This document shows, one piece after another, positions 1-12,790 of a stretch of DNA of 64,000 nt (position 1 is the stretch's first letter; every line of letters begins with the position of its first letter). Both the position numbers and the translations under genes were made by a program. The notes below the pieces were generated by a model. The model had not been told where the DNA came from. It worked only from the letters and a program-made list of their open reading frames with translations, and made no database searches. This DNA is from Marsupella aquatica (lineage: Eukaryota > Plantae > Marchantiophyta), in NCBI GenBank assembly GCA_973895155.1, contig OZ316893.1, positions 4,074,490-4,138,489 of the forward strand. The letters are read 5' to 3'.

Positions 1-1369
1 AAGATAAAAGAAAAACCCGGATGGACTGAGACGTTGTCCCTACCCATCCCCATGGACTGCATAAAGCAATAGTCACATTTACACCCTAAAGAAAAATGAA
101 CCCATCACTGATCGCAGTTGATGATTATGACTACCTTGGAAAGAAAGTAGTAAAGATTTCATGGTGGATCATCATAGTCAAGTTACCAAAGAAACCAGAT
201 TGATAATGTAATTGAAACCTACTGTAATCCATAAGGGATAGTTTACAATGCTTCCTAGACAAAGTGGAGCTTCTCAGATATACTGTAGTTATTTGAACTC
301 ATTCACTACAAGGACTATTATATCTTATTTTATTTTATTTATTAAAAGTGATGATTAATTTAACCAATTCATGAAACAAAAGCTATTCTACGATATTGAA
401 ATAATTAAATGGAAACGTAAATGGAGAAAATAAAATATTTTTAATGGTAAAAAGATACACAATAGATTTGATTGGAAGGTATAATATTCTGGTTTTAAAA
501 AAGTACGTTAACTTGAGTGTACCTTCATAATTTTTGGTTCCATTCTAAGAGATTCTCTATTCGAGTGACACCCACAAGGATCGGAAATCTTTTAAGCAAA
601 GGAGACATAAGCTACAGTAGATGGATTGATTGGATTTGAGATGTATGCTTGAGGAGGTAAAAGCAATCCTTCTCATGTGAATGGAAGAGAACTCCCTTAC
701 AAATATCTAGATAAGAAAATAAGGTAAGTTATCTCACAATCAAAAAGTGGATACAAGAACTAACACACCTAATAAAAAAATAAGGAATTAAAGAAATTAA
801 TGGGGTTGGAATAAATTGAAGAATTAAAAATATCACAAAAGCATACACATTGCCTAGTAAGAACAGATGCACATGAAGGTATTAGGTATATAACAAACAA
901 TTCCAATAAGACAAAATAGCAAGAAGGGGTCCCCACCATGTGGCAGAGTGAAAAGAATCTTTGATTACCCAGTTTTCCATCTAGTCACAGATCCCCATCT
1001 AGTCACAGATCCCATTAGCTAGAATCTCACACTTATTTTAGTCCAGGAAAATTAGATAAGACATATTTTAAGTATTTTCACACAAGGTGACATCCCCAAG
1101 GAAAGGAAACGGAGAAGCCTTCAAAGTTTACCGGAATGGGTCCTGACGACAAGTTGGAATCTGACATCCGGAACACATAACAGAAATTAATCAAGAGACG
1201 ACCATCCTGCTACAGTAGCGAACGAACAACAACAGTACCCATTTGACGGAGGATGCTCATTGCTCCATTGCTGTACCGTAACACTACGGTAGTCTGCACG
1301 AGATTTTCGAAACTGACAGCTAGCCTTCGTCACGGGTGCGAGTGAGCCAATCTCGACGGCGGTGCGACC

Positions 1370-1405
1370 TTTCCTTTCCTTTCCTTTCCTTTCCTTTCCT
1401 TTCCT
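1370..1405. repeat. (TTCCT)n pentanucleotide microsatellite
   Basis: Run of tttcc units visible directly; it explains the low-complexity ORFs at 1320-1571. Confidence 0.9.
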
Positions 1406-2349
1406 CGTCTAGACCAATCGACTGCGACTCCCGTTTCTCGAGGGAGGAAATGAAAGCTGCACCCCAAAATGAGAATCCCCTCTCATCGGACATCACAAGA
1501 TCACATCGTCGTTCCAGTTCATCGACGGAGATGACGGCGTACTGAACCCTTTCGACTAGATACGAGAACATCTTTCTCGATGTTCGGCTACTTTTTTGAT
1601 AGAGGGCACTTTTCTGGACAGTCTAGAACATTCGAGCATTCTGAGAACGATATGGAACTGGGGTATGGTGAGGACGATCAGGTTCGCTCGGAAATAAATT
1701 TAGAAAAATCCAGTGATTGTTTGTGAAATTGGAGAAGCATGGACGGACTTGAAGGTTGTCTCCCATATCCCCATGTACTATGACACATAAACTAAGCATT
1801 TTACACCTAATGATGAAAAAATTTAGAAAATGCCCGTGACCAAAGGGGTTTGGTCACAAAAGCTGAACTACTCTTTATAATTTGTGACCGATTAGTTATT
1901 GTCACCAATACACATGAATGTTTCATTAGTATAGTGATCACTCTCGCAAGGGGGAGGTCTCAGGTTCAAAACTCGGGTCCTGAAATGCTTTGACCCGAAT
2001 TTGACTTGCAATAGTCCAAAAACATGACAAGTTGGGGTTGCATTTAAATTTGAGAAAATTTAATAAATACAAGGAAATGATAATTCATTATAATATGATA
2101 CCTCAAAATAATATAAGTTTGAAATAGAATTCATACATGTAATTTTTATTTGATAAGAGAAAAAAATGTATCAAAACCTAAATGTATCTAAAAGACTAAC
2201 CTAAATTAACCCTAAATCATCCACCACCTAATCTGAAATAAATAATAAAGAATTTAATCTTTTTCTCCTCTCATCGTCAACCTTTCGTTGATGTATATAC
2301 AAACAAGCATCTAAAGGATGAACACGCTCGTAGGCAAAATATTTCTCAA

Positions 2350-4208
2350 GCAACAAGCATTGTATGCATTAAGAACACTCCATCGATGACAACACAAAGC
2401 CAAAGTATATCTCCAACAAAAAAGAGTTGCATCCAAATGTACTAGATTAAGTGACTATAGGCTGGTATGTAGCAAATGACTAGGTCATTGCTACCACCGG
2501 CTACAGCAAACTCGCACTAGTCCAAGAGAATACGATAGAAAACTATCTATGAACGACCCTAATGATCGAGCGCGTCCCTCCATTACCACCTAGGCAAATG
2601 GTAGGTTGCAAGCAACGCCTATGGTGCCGCTTGCCCCAGCAAATGCCTATGAGATCATTTTGGCAAAAAAAAGGCAAAAGAATAAGCAATGAGAGGAGAA
2701 GAGAAGAGAATGAGGAGAATGAACTGAGAGACTCTCCCTTTTATGCTAATCATATCTAAGTTCCTAATTAATGTCACACCTAACTTCATTAGCTACTAAT
2801 TAATATCATAGCTAACCTAATTAAAAGCACACCCACCCATTCTTCTAGAATTACTCAAATAAAAATGTATATCTATGTTGAAAAATGAGTGAGAAGTCTA
2901 CAAAAGGAATAAAAGCACATTTTTTTGTTTTGATGTTGACCCCCCTCTTGCAAGAAAAGGAAAGATTTATAAAACCTGAAATCTCTCCATTCTATGTCGT
3001 TTTTGTTCCTCCCCTTAAAAGACCCTTAAACCATCCATTGCTCCCCACTTCTAAGATAGAATATAGGGGTTAGCTAGTTCGATACACTCAACTAGTGTCT
3101 GCCTCCTCTAGCAAGAAAAAATATAAACAAAGACCATTTTGAAAATCTCTCCCTTAAATACCCTTAAACCTCTCAACAATTAAAGAAAAAATTCTTTAAA
3201 CCCTTTTTATTTCTCCCCTTAAAGTAATCCTCCATCGGGGCCAAAAAATAAAAATGTCTCTTTTTGTCTTTTTGATTTCCCCCTTCTTTAAAATACCCTT
3301 GATTCTCTATCTGTTTTAATTCTCAAAGAAAATATGATAATGAGATCAGCCATGGGGCATGCTCCTTACTCATGGTTTTTTCTAAACAAAAAAGAAACCC
3401 CTTTAAAAATCTTTTCGAGGTGACCAATTTCACCCAAAAACAAAAAGGAAGCCCCTTTAAGAGTTGTACCTTTTCAAGGTGACTTTGGTCCCAAAATTAA
3501 GAACGAAAGGCAAGATCGAGGCTAATCAATGCGATTAGCCTTTATTAACCCCGTACGTGACTGCCCGCTGCCCAGTATTCCTAACGTTAATATACAGTTA
3601 AATACCAAGAGCGAATCGACGTGGGCACAAACTGCCCCAAGGCTAGTTGGTAGAGGAGCTCCTTTGGGATGCAGCAGGTCCCAGGTTCGAATCTGGTCAA
3701 TGACAATAGTGGCTTTTGTCATTCACCCCACCCAAAAGTGGGGATCATTCACACGCTAGTCACACTTAGAAAAAGTGTGACTCCAAAAAACAGTCGGGCA
3801 GCTAGCAGGGCAGCGGGCGGCTAAAATGGTACAGGAGGCTCATTATGAGCCTCGATCTTGCCTTTCGTGCTGAATGTCCCAAAGGGAGATATATAAAAGC
3901 ATTAAGAAATTCTAATAACTAAAAGACAAAGACATTAAATGGTGAGAGAATCAAGTACACACTTACATTGAGAGGGGAGCATTTAATGTACTTTCATTTG
4001 TGTGTAATACAATATACAATATACACCCAATACCCCATGGTTGAGTACTGTATACAAACCAAAGAGTGTTAGTGTGAGTGAAAATAATGTGACCAAAGTA
4101 TATTTTTGTGCCTCTATATGTATGAGGAGAAATTTGTATGCAGAGAAAATTGTATGCGGAGAAAATACTTTGTAGACATTTTTTGCCCCCCATCACATAA
4201 CTGAACTG
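2350..4208. mobile_element. Copy 1 of a ~1.5-kb diverged direct repeat (transposon-derived unit), interrupted by a 380-bp TIR element
   Basis: Colinear similarity with 4882-6397, e.g. 'gtagcaaatgactaggtcat..gaaactatctatgaacgaccctaatgatcgagcgcg', 'tttgaaaatctctcccttaaatacccttaaacctctc' and 'gagaatcaagtacacacttacattgag'. Both copies end in cccatcaca-x-ctgaact. Confidence 0.8.
3496..3875. mobile_element. Non-autonomous TIR element (MITE) with 8-bp TSD, hAT-like
   Basis: Perfect 21-bp inverted repeat acgaaaggcaagatcgaggct (3503-3523) / agcctcgatcttgcctttcgt (3848-3868), with imperfect extension to the ends. Flanked by gtcccaaa at 3488-3495 and 3876-3883. Absent from the second copy of the host repeat. 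Confidence 0.85.
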
Positions 4209-4881
4209 AAAGTTCAGCCAACAAGCTACCCGACCATTATCAAAAGCGTACAATGCTTTGACATGTCTACAATAAGCACATTTCTTTGTAGGAGGGGCTT
4301 TTTCTCCCTCTTCTTCTTCTTCTCCAATCACTTCTCTTGCACTTGGAGAGCAATGGTCACGTGCAATATGTGGAGAGTCCGTTTCATGGGGCATGTGAAC
4401 GTGCCTTACATTGCCATGTTTAACACTCTCATCTCTTGCCCTAACTCCTTCTTGCCCAAAATTGTTTACAATTTCAATATCATCAAATTCCAATCGGAGT
4501 CGTACATCTTCAACTTGCACCGACACACTTGGTGGCCGTCTTCGTTCTGCTCTTGCATGCCCCACTCTATCCAAAACTGGTGAGAGATTTATCATGACCA
4601 CCAAACAATGATCAATTCTTACATCTTGTACTACAATGTCCTCTCGGATAGGGACAATTGGTATTCTCCGTCGTTTGGAATATTCATTTTTCATGCGTCC
4701 CGGGCTTGCTGCTTCAACACAAACATAGCATGAATCCCTTGGGAATTGGAACTCATCCCTTGGTTTCTCATGTTTCCCTATGTTTGCACCACAAGAGACT
4801 GTTATTTGTCCATCCCTTACAATCACTACAAACATTTTGTGTACTCTCATCACCATCACAAAAATGGGCAGGTGTTCGGTT

Positions 4882-6397
4882 CAACAAGCATTGTATGCAT
4901 CGAAAACACTCCATCAGTAGCACTCCATAATATATCTCCAAAAAAATAGTCGCATCCAAATGTAGTAAATTAAGCCACTTTAGGCGGATTTGTAGCAAAT
5001 GACTAGGTCATCGCTACCACTGGCTAAAGGAAACTCGCACTAGTCCAAAAGAATACAATAGAAACTATCTATGAACGACCCTAATGATCGAGCGCGCCCC
5101 TCCACGACCACCTAAGCAAATGGTAGGTTGCAAGCAATGCCTATGGCCAAGCTATGGCGCTGCTTGCCCTAGCAAATGCCTATGAGGCCGCTTTGGCCAA
5201 AAAAAGGCAAAAGAATAAGCAAGGAGAAGAGAGAGGGGAGAAGAGAAGAGAAGAGAAGTGGAGAGGAGAGAATGAGAAAAATGAGGGAGGACTCTCCCTT
5301 TTATGCTAATCTTGCCTTGGGTTCCTCATTAATGTCATACCTAACCTAATACTCTAATTAGTATCACATCTAATCCACTTAAAAGTACACTCAACCAATT
5401 TTTTTATAATTACTCAAACCAAAATGTAGAAATTCAGAAAATGAACAAAAGAATATCTATATTATTTGATTTTAATTTTATCTTTCTACTTTGTTAAAAA
5501 TTGCCCTCAACTAGTGTTCACCCCCTCTTACAAGAAAAAAATACAAGTTCAACCAACAAACAAAGACCAGTTTGAAAATCTCTCCCTTAAATACCCTTAA
5601 ACCTCTCTACAATTAAAGAAAAAAATTCTTAAAACCCTTTTATCCCTCCCCTTAAAGTAACCCTCCATCCGCCAAAGAAAGAAAATGTCTCTTTTTGTCT
5701 TTTTTATTTTCCCCTTCTTTCAAATACCCTTGATCCTCTATCACTTTTCACTCTCAAATAAAATAAAATAATGATAACCACCATGGGGCATGCTCCTCAC
5801 CCATTGTTTCTTCGAAACAAAAAGGAAGCCCCTTTAAAAATCATCTTCAAGGTGACCAAATTCACCCAAAATAATATATATATATATATATGTTTCTTCT
5901 AAACAAAAAGGAAACACTTTTAAGAGTCGTACCTTTTCAAGGGGACCAATTACACCCAAAGGAAAATAAATATGATTCATTTCATTCAAAATGAAACATA
6001 TAAAATCACTAAGAAAATAAAACAAGTAAAAAATAAAGACATTAAATGGAACTAATGGTAAGAGAATCAAGTACACACTTACATTGAGGTGGGAGCATTC
6101 AATGTACTTTTATTTGTGTTGAATATAATATACTCTGTGTACTCCAATTTGTCTTGATCTTGAATACTCCATACAAACTAAAGAGTGTTAGAATGAGTAT
6201 AACTCCAATTTGTCTTGATCTTGAATACTCCATACAAACTAAAGAGTGTTAGAATGAGTATCTTGTGACTAAAATATATTTGTGTGTCTCTATACGTATG
6301 TGGAGAAAGTATATGTGGAGAAAACTTATGTAGAGAAAACTTATGCGCGGACAAAAAGTTGGGAGCCATTTTGGGCTCCCATCACAAAGCTGAACTT
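4882..6397. mobile_element. Copy 2 of the ~1.5-kb diverged direct repeat
   Basis: See copy 1. Also contains an internal ~61-bp tandem duplication at ~6141-6261. Confidence 0.8.
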
Positions 6398-9300
6398 TGT
6401 GATGGAACCCAAATCAATATTGTAATTAATTGTTTATCTACATTTCAAGTATATTAGGAGACTCCCTATACTTGAAAGTGAACTGAAAATATGTATTGAA
6501 TGAAACAAAAATTTATATCTAGCATTGTATTTGAAATTGTTGAGACCTTTGTGACGGCAAAGTACAGGAAGTGTTTATTGTAACAAGAGCAACATTCTTT
6601 GAAAAATATCATTTCTTGGAGCTTTGCAGTGGGAAATTTAATTGAAGCCCTCTTTGTGAAAGAGCAACGCTCTCTGAAAAATAAGATTCTCAACAATACC
6701 TCTTAGATTAAAATCTGAGATAGCTTTGTTGCAGAAAGATAAGTCAAACCTCTCCTTAACACAAGAGAGATACTCTATGGAAAATACAATTTCATCTCAA
6801 GAGCAATGCTCTATGAAAATCAAGATTTGCACCCAGTTTTCCTAATAGAAATTGTTATATTGGTTCACGGGGATTGTGTTGCTTTTTTCTCCCTTTTGTG
6901 GAATTTTTGTGATCTATTATAAACATAAAAATATTCTTGAGGGAAAAATTGAATTCATTTTGCTTTTGCTCATTGAACAAACTACTTGAGGCGCTAGAGT
7001 AAATCGTGAAGAGCTTAGTCTATATAATTTTATTACCATGAACGCCAGATAAAGTATACAAATACCTAAACACACCTTACATATTTTATGGTTTTTTATT
7101 AACTAAATAAAAATGGTTAAAGCTACCAGCTTGAGGGAAAAGGATATTAAGAGAATACAACTATTTTTGCAATCAATGCTGATTAGGTTAGTACATGGTA
7201 TAGTTGGACAAAAATGTACAGAGGTGGTGCTTTGACAAGGTACTTTTGGAGAGGTGAACAAAAATGATGATCTGACATGGTATTTTTGGAGACAAGTGTA
7301 ACGAATAGTATCCAAGCATATATATATATATATATATATGTTTGAGTCAAGTACATCCAAGTTTAATTGTCCATGGGGGTTTCATAGACAACTATGAGTC
7401 CATCCTGACTTTAAATTCAAAATTGGAACTTTTGTAATATTCTAGAGATATCAGTTTATACATTGTTCTCGAAATAGAATTGAATGTAGAAAAATTATTT
7501 ATGGCATTACACGTGAGTGGTCTTCGGTTTTGCCTAAAGTGAAGGTGTAAGTCCTAATTCTCTCCACACTGTACACTGGGTGAGATTGGAAATGAAACTT
7601 GTTTTTGCTGCTGGCAAGGTCACCAAGCCACTGCACCTTTAGTTTTGAAAGTACACATCATAGTGCTAAGGACAAATGCGCCAAACTGGGAGAGGAGTTG
7701 GAAAGGGACTCAACAAGAGTGGACCACTGTCAGGCTACGGTAGTGCTGGATTAAGCTTCTAGCTCGACTAAAGGCCACAGTAAGCTCAGTATGCTATGGG
7801 AGTATCGGACGGTCAGATTTTGGGCATTCTCAGGAGAATGTACGATTAGTCACCTATGGGACCAGAAAGTGTTTTATAAATAGTCACTACTATTAGCCCC
7901 TCGACTTTACGGAAACTACAACTGTGCTATAATTTGAAAAGAAAAAATATTAGCTTTTTCACTAAGGTACTCCTGACAGCAGTTGACACCTGCAATCATT
8001 GTGTTGAGAGTTTTGACTCCTCACTCCTCAGAACTCTTGGCCTTTCTTTGCCCGGGCTTCTGGGAGGGATAAGCCTACGTCGGAATCCCGACCACCTCTG
8101 TCGTTTAGGAGCCCCAAACACGGCAAACCGGCGGGATTGCGACTTGGAGCAGTCGCGGTGTCGGGTGACTCGGGTCGTGTCGGGTCGAGCGCGGTTGGGT
8201 TGGCCGTTGGCGAAAGGGGCGGGTGGATCGACTTTTCATAATCCGTGTAATTAATAACTCCCTCGGAATCCTCCGAACGTTATCCGTCTGCAGAATCCGT
8301 TCTCGGCTGATAGCTTTATTACTTTCACTGTGTGCGTCGGGGTCAACTGACCCCCGAACGTTACGCCGTGAATCACGGGAGTCGGCAACTTTGCTTGGGA
8401 GGAGTACTCTGTGATGACTCAGCGGTTCCTTATCGTGAATCGGCAAGAACGGATGGGGTCATGAGGTCATGGCATGAGGCTACCGCCAATCCATGCGGCC
8501 ATGTATCATCGCATCAATGGCTTACACTGTCAGTCCCGTGGCACGTTGTGTTGACACAGCACGGTTGTACATGACGCTCTGGTCCCTGGTCTGGCCCCCG
8601 GGGCGTGTGGGCCTGCCCGTGTAGACAGCAGCGTACCGTGTCACGTCTTTTGGGACCGCTGTACCTCAAACACGACGCGGTGACGCACAACATTATCTTG
8701 GGGGACCAGGTACTCAAGAGGCTCGTTTAGGTACTGTACCGTAGAGTCGGGTGGGGGCTTGGGCGTGGGTGATACCATTTGGGAGTAAGGGTTGTATAAT
8801 TGGGGGTTCAAGACTGCAAGTGTTGGGAAGATAAAAACTCTCTAATAAAAACAATGTAGTTCCCAGGAGTTTTTCTTTTTTTCTTTATGTTCCATGGTGT
8901 CACACCATTCTAGATGTTGTTATAGTATATAGTGCTAGTTGAGTATATACATTTTATATATGTGCTATTGGAGCCGATAAGGTTCCATTAAGTTTGTGTG
9001 AGAAGGTAGTTCTCTTTTGTGATACATTGAATCTTTCAATGTTGAACCTTGGAAAGGGGAGCTTGTGTGATGGCTATGGTGATTGAGAGCTCTCTCTATG
9101 TAGCGTACGTGGATTCCTTGAGTGCAAGGTGCATTGGCTCGACATATGTGTGTGATCGGTTCGGACGGGATTGAATGCCTATTGTTGGCATCGATCGGTG
9201 TTCGGATTCTATTGAGATTATTGTGGGTTTTGGACATGTGTGGACATGAGTTCCACTTGTATTCCATTCTCTTGTGTTTGTGATGCTGCATTGTGGATAT

Positions 9301-10299
9301 GTTTGGATGTGTGTGACAAGCGATGTATATTGTGTAGCGATGTGTATGCGCACAACAATGGAGACAAACATTTACATAACCTCAGCCCATTCCTCAGCCC
9401 CACATATTTCCAGCAATTTCAGCTCACTATAGAATCAGAGAAGGTGGGACAAGTTTATTTTAGAAAGTTCCTGAGCCCCACAATTTTCCATGAGATGCCT
9501 TCTCACTCACAGAATCCAAGAAAGTGGGATTAGATAGCTTTAGAAAATCCTGTCCCAATTAGACTCGTGTTTTCCCAACCTTGTGAGTTAGATCTATTTT
9601 CCCTACTTTGGGGGATTTGAAGAAAAGAGGTGTGATGGGCCCCAATTTGCTTTTCAATGGGACTCATGGTCATGCAAGCTACTTTATTTGGGGAGCAGAT
9701 GGATTGCTATTAGCATTTGGAAAGAACTGAATAAGAATTTGGGCCCAAGGTTGCGTGACCTTTACTATCTTTCGCTCATATTGGGGTGTCAGTACCATGG
9801 AGAAAAGAGGACTTTTTTTCCTAGTGACTATACTTTCTCATATGAGCAAACCCCGTATTTTCATTCAGGACCTGTGCTTTGACAGTTAGGAGCTTTGACT
9901 CTTACGATACAACTCAAATTATCACTTGAGACAATCAGACTTTGAATTTAAGCCAATAATGTTTTCCCTTTATTCTAGACATTCTCACCTTCACCTTTTT
10001 CCTCCTCCCTCTAGAAATTTTGTGGCGGGCTTCATGTTCCAGTTGGAACCCGGGTTCCAGGAATGGGTTCAGTTGTCTCCTTACATATATCTGTGGCGAA
10101 ATTCGTATTTGCTCAGAGCTTACAAATCCCACACTGGTAAGGAATGTGCTAACCCCCGTTTCAACTGGGAGTCAGGGCCTGGTCAACTATTGTTCCTCGC
10201 GTTCAGTGCTTGACAGTAAGTACCTGACCTTTTACAGGTTCTACAGTGAGAATCTGGAAAAGGTTGCAGAACCAGAAGCACCAAACTGACCCGATAGTA

Positions 10300-10392
10300 A
10301 AAATCTTCCGTTGAAGCAGGATGACAAACACTTCTTGTCAGACAATGAAAATCTTCCGTTGCAGCAGGATGACACACACTTCTCGTCACTGA
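10300..10392. repeat. ~48-bp tandem duplication
   Basis: aaaatcttccgttg(a/c)agcaggatgaca(a/c)acacttct(t/c)gtca occurs twice. Confidence 0.85.
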
Positions 10393-12729
10393 TTCTCGCC
10401 AATGCAGTAGTCTCCTCGATAACGGCAGCAGGTATGTAGATGCAAGATTCAGTTCTTTTCTGGAATCTCTTCTTCCGTAGCTAGTCATATATATAGTAGT
10501 TCGAGTGTATAGACTGGGCGATCGAGGGACATGAGAAACTCTGTGAATGATGGCTTTAAGCTCCTGCAGAGGCCTTGGGTCGAAGATTCCAACTCGATTC
10601 AATTTAGGCCGGATTTCAAAAACAATACAGTCTGGTGTAGAAATTGTTTAAATCAATGTTTGAAAACAGTCACTCACACAGAGTGCAGAAATTGATCAAA
10701 TCTGTTGATAGCAAATCCAACGACCCGTCATGGAGAAAAACTTATCTGATTTATACAGAGATGGCACAACCCCTAAACTTACAACAACAGCCATACTAAG
10801 GAAAGAATGACATCGAAGTTCATGAGGTTTCGTAGCTAGGGATCATATCGGAGGTACCATGAGTGGCGTGGAAGCTGTTGTCGAGGCAAGATCGTTGACG
10901 AAACCATGGAAAAGTAAACATGCGTTGTCAACAAACGAGGCAGGCAAGCGAGAACGGATTGAATTCAAAGAAGTAGTCGGGGCACGACAAGAAAGACAAG
11001 ACCTGAGAAAAGTTTATTGGGGGCTAGAAGAAAAAGTTTCAGGTACACCTCGATTCTTTAGAGCAATCGAAAAAGAATTACAGACATAGGAGCATGCGAT
11101 GAGGAGCGCCGAGTTTTGCTATTTGCAGATCAGAGAAAGGCATGCTTCACTGCCAATGGAAGATGGTCGACACAACCTAAATTGACAAAGACACAATTTT
11201 CTGCCCTGAATCGACCAAGTGCTCTGAATTAAATTGAACTCAAAAAACAAATCGTTTGCGCGACTAATTATGAATTGCGAAAATGGCTAGTCTTGAATGC
11301 TACTGAGGAGAAGATCCAAGGACCATTCAACTTCTTGCCTTGAAAAATCATTTTGAATTCCATCCAAAAGACAGCAACCATTCAACTTGTAAAATATCGT
11401 GTACAGTTAAACTGACTGACGCACAAGTTCAAGATAGGAGAACTTCAGTGTAGTTCATTCCAAAATTTCGATCCAGATTGGGGATAGTGGATTATGCAGT
11501 TGTCAGTGTTTTGGCACGTCTCGAGGACTTCCGGACATCTCTTAATTAATGAGGTCCTGTGAAGCCAGACCTGATGGGCACTTTGTTTGACTACAGGAGG
11601 ATCCTGAATTTTGAAAACATAGTGCCCAACGGGAAATTTGAGCTGCTTTCCACAGGCAAATAATCTCAGAGCGGTTGACCCAACATTCTTTGATAGTCCT
11701 TTCTTAGCACTACAGTGGAAGCATTACTTGACACTAACTCCAATGAACAAATCGACTGCTCGTGCTCTCCACTGGGCAAATCGCAACACTGCGCGGCATA
11801 CGAAATATGAAACAATCATGAAAGATTACGGCAATATAGAAAACTGACAGGACAAATGAATACTCGTAAGGACAATGGATACGACTCTGAAGGCATAACT
11901 ACCCAAAATAGGAGACATCGTTCTGGATTCACATTCCCGGGCCTCGGCACTTGCAATACAATATTATTTTGACGCACGACTTAGATTTGGTTCCGGGTGA
12001 CCAAATCAATAAAAACTGTCAGAAATTTCTAAACCACCACATGCACGTCAACGAGCACCAGGTGACCATGGACAAGAGAGAACTTCATTGAAAGCAACGA
12101 AGTACTGCCAACGAAATGGGTTTGTGGTCGTAATCAATGATTTGTTCAAGCATGAGTATCAAATCGGCGGAAGATACGGTTACAGAATGCACGCCCCAAT
12201 TTCTCCTCGGCGCATGCAATACTTGGATCGATGGCCGAACGAAGTTTTTTCGGTTCCATTCGAGATAGGAAAAACCAAAAGGGCCATGAACAATTTATCT
12301 TGAGTTAATTAAGGATAATAAGGCACGGGGGGAATGTCGTCCAAAATCTTAATGATTCGATGCCTTCGCAATCAACCAACGTGACCATGAGCAAGGACGA
12401 AGAAACGAAGTGCAGTTGGGTTTTTTCGAGGCAAGGAAACGAGTTGAAGTGCACTTGTCTTTCGTCCTTGGTTCAAAGCAATTTGGTTATATAATCCGTG
12501 TGAACAAAGGGGACAACTTTTAAACGTGCGGAATGGAGATTAAGTAAGGCTCATTCACCGATGCTTGTGAATTCAAATTACTAGAGTGAGGCAAACACTG
12601 TAGACCAATCGAGCTTCCTCAAACACACATTTCCTCTAAAAGCGGAGCAATTGCAAGGAAAGGGTCCCCATACGCCAGTCACAGCGAATAGCACTGCAGC
12701 GGCCGCTATCCGACTATATTGACAAAGCA

Positions 12730-12790
12730 AACTACTGTAGCTAGTCAAGTGAACTACAGTAACTAGTCAAGTGAACTACAGTAGCTAGTC
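12730..12790. repeat. 22-bp tandem repeat (~2.7 copies)
   Basis: aactac(t/a)gta(g/a)ctagtcaagtg units. Confidence 0.8.

Noticed and set aside
1925-1990. tRNA gene
   Set aside because: Only a B-box-like ggttcaaaactc is present, with no cloverleaf.
2350-6397. Intact LTR retrotransposon (two LTRs plus internal region)
   Set aside because: No PBS or PPT, no gag-pol motifs, and similarity continues past the putative CA end. Recorded instead as tandem units of uncertain class.
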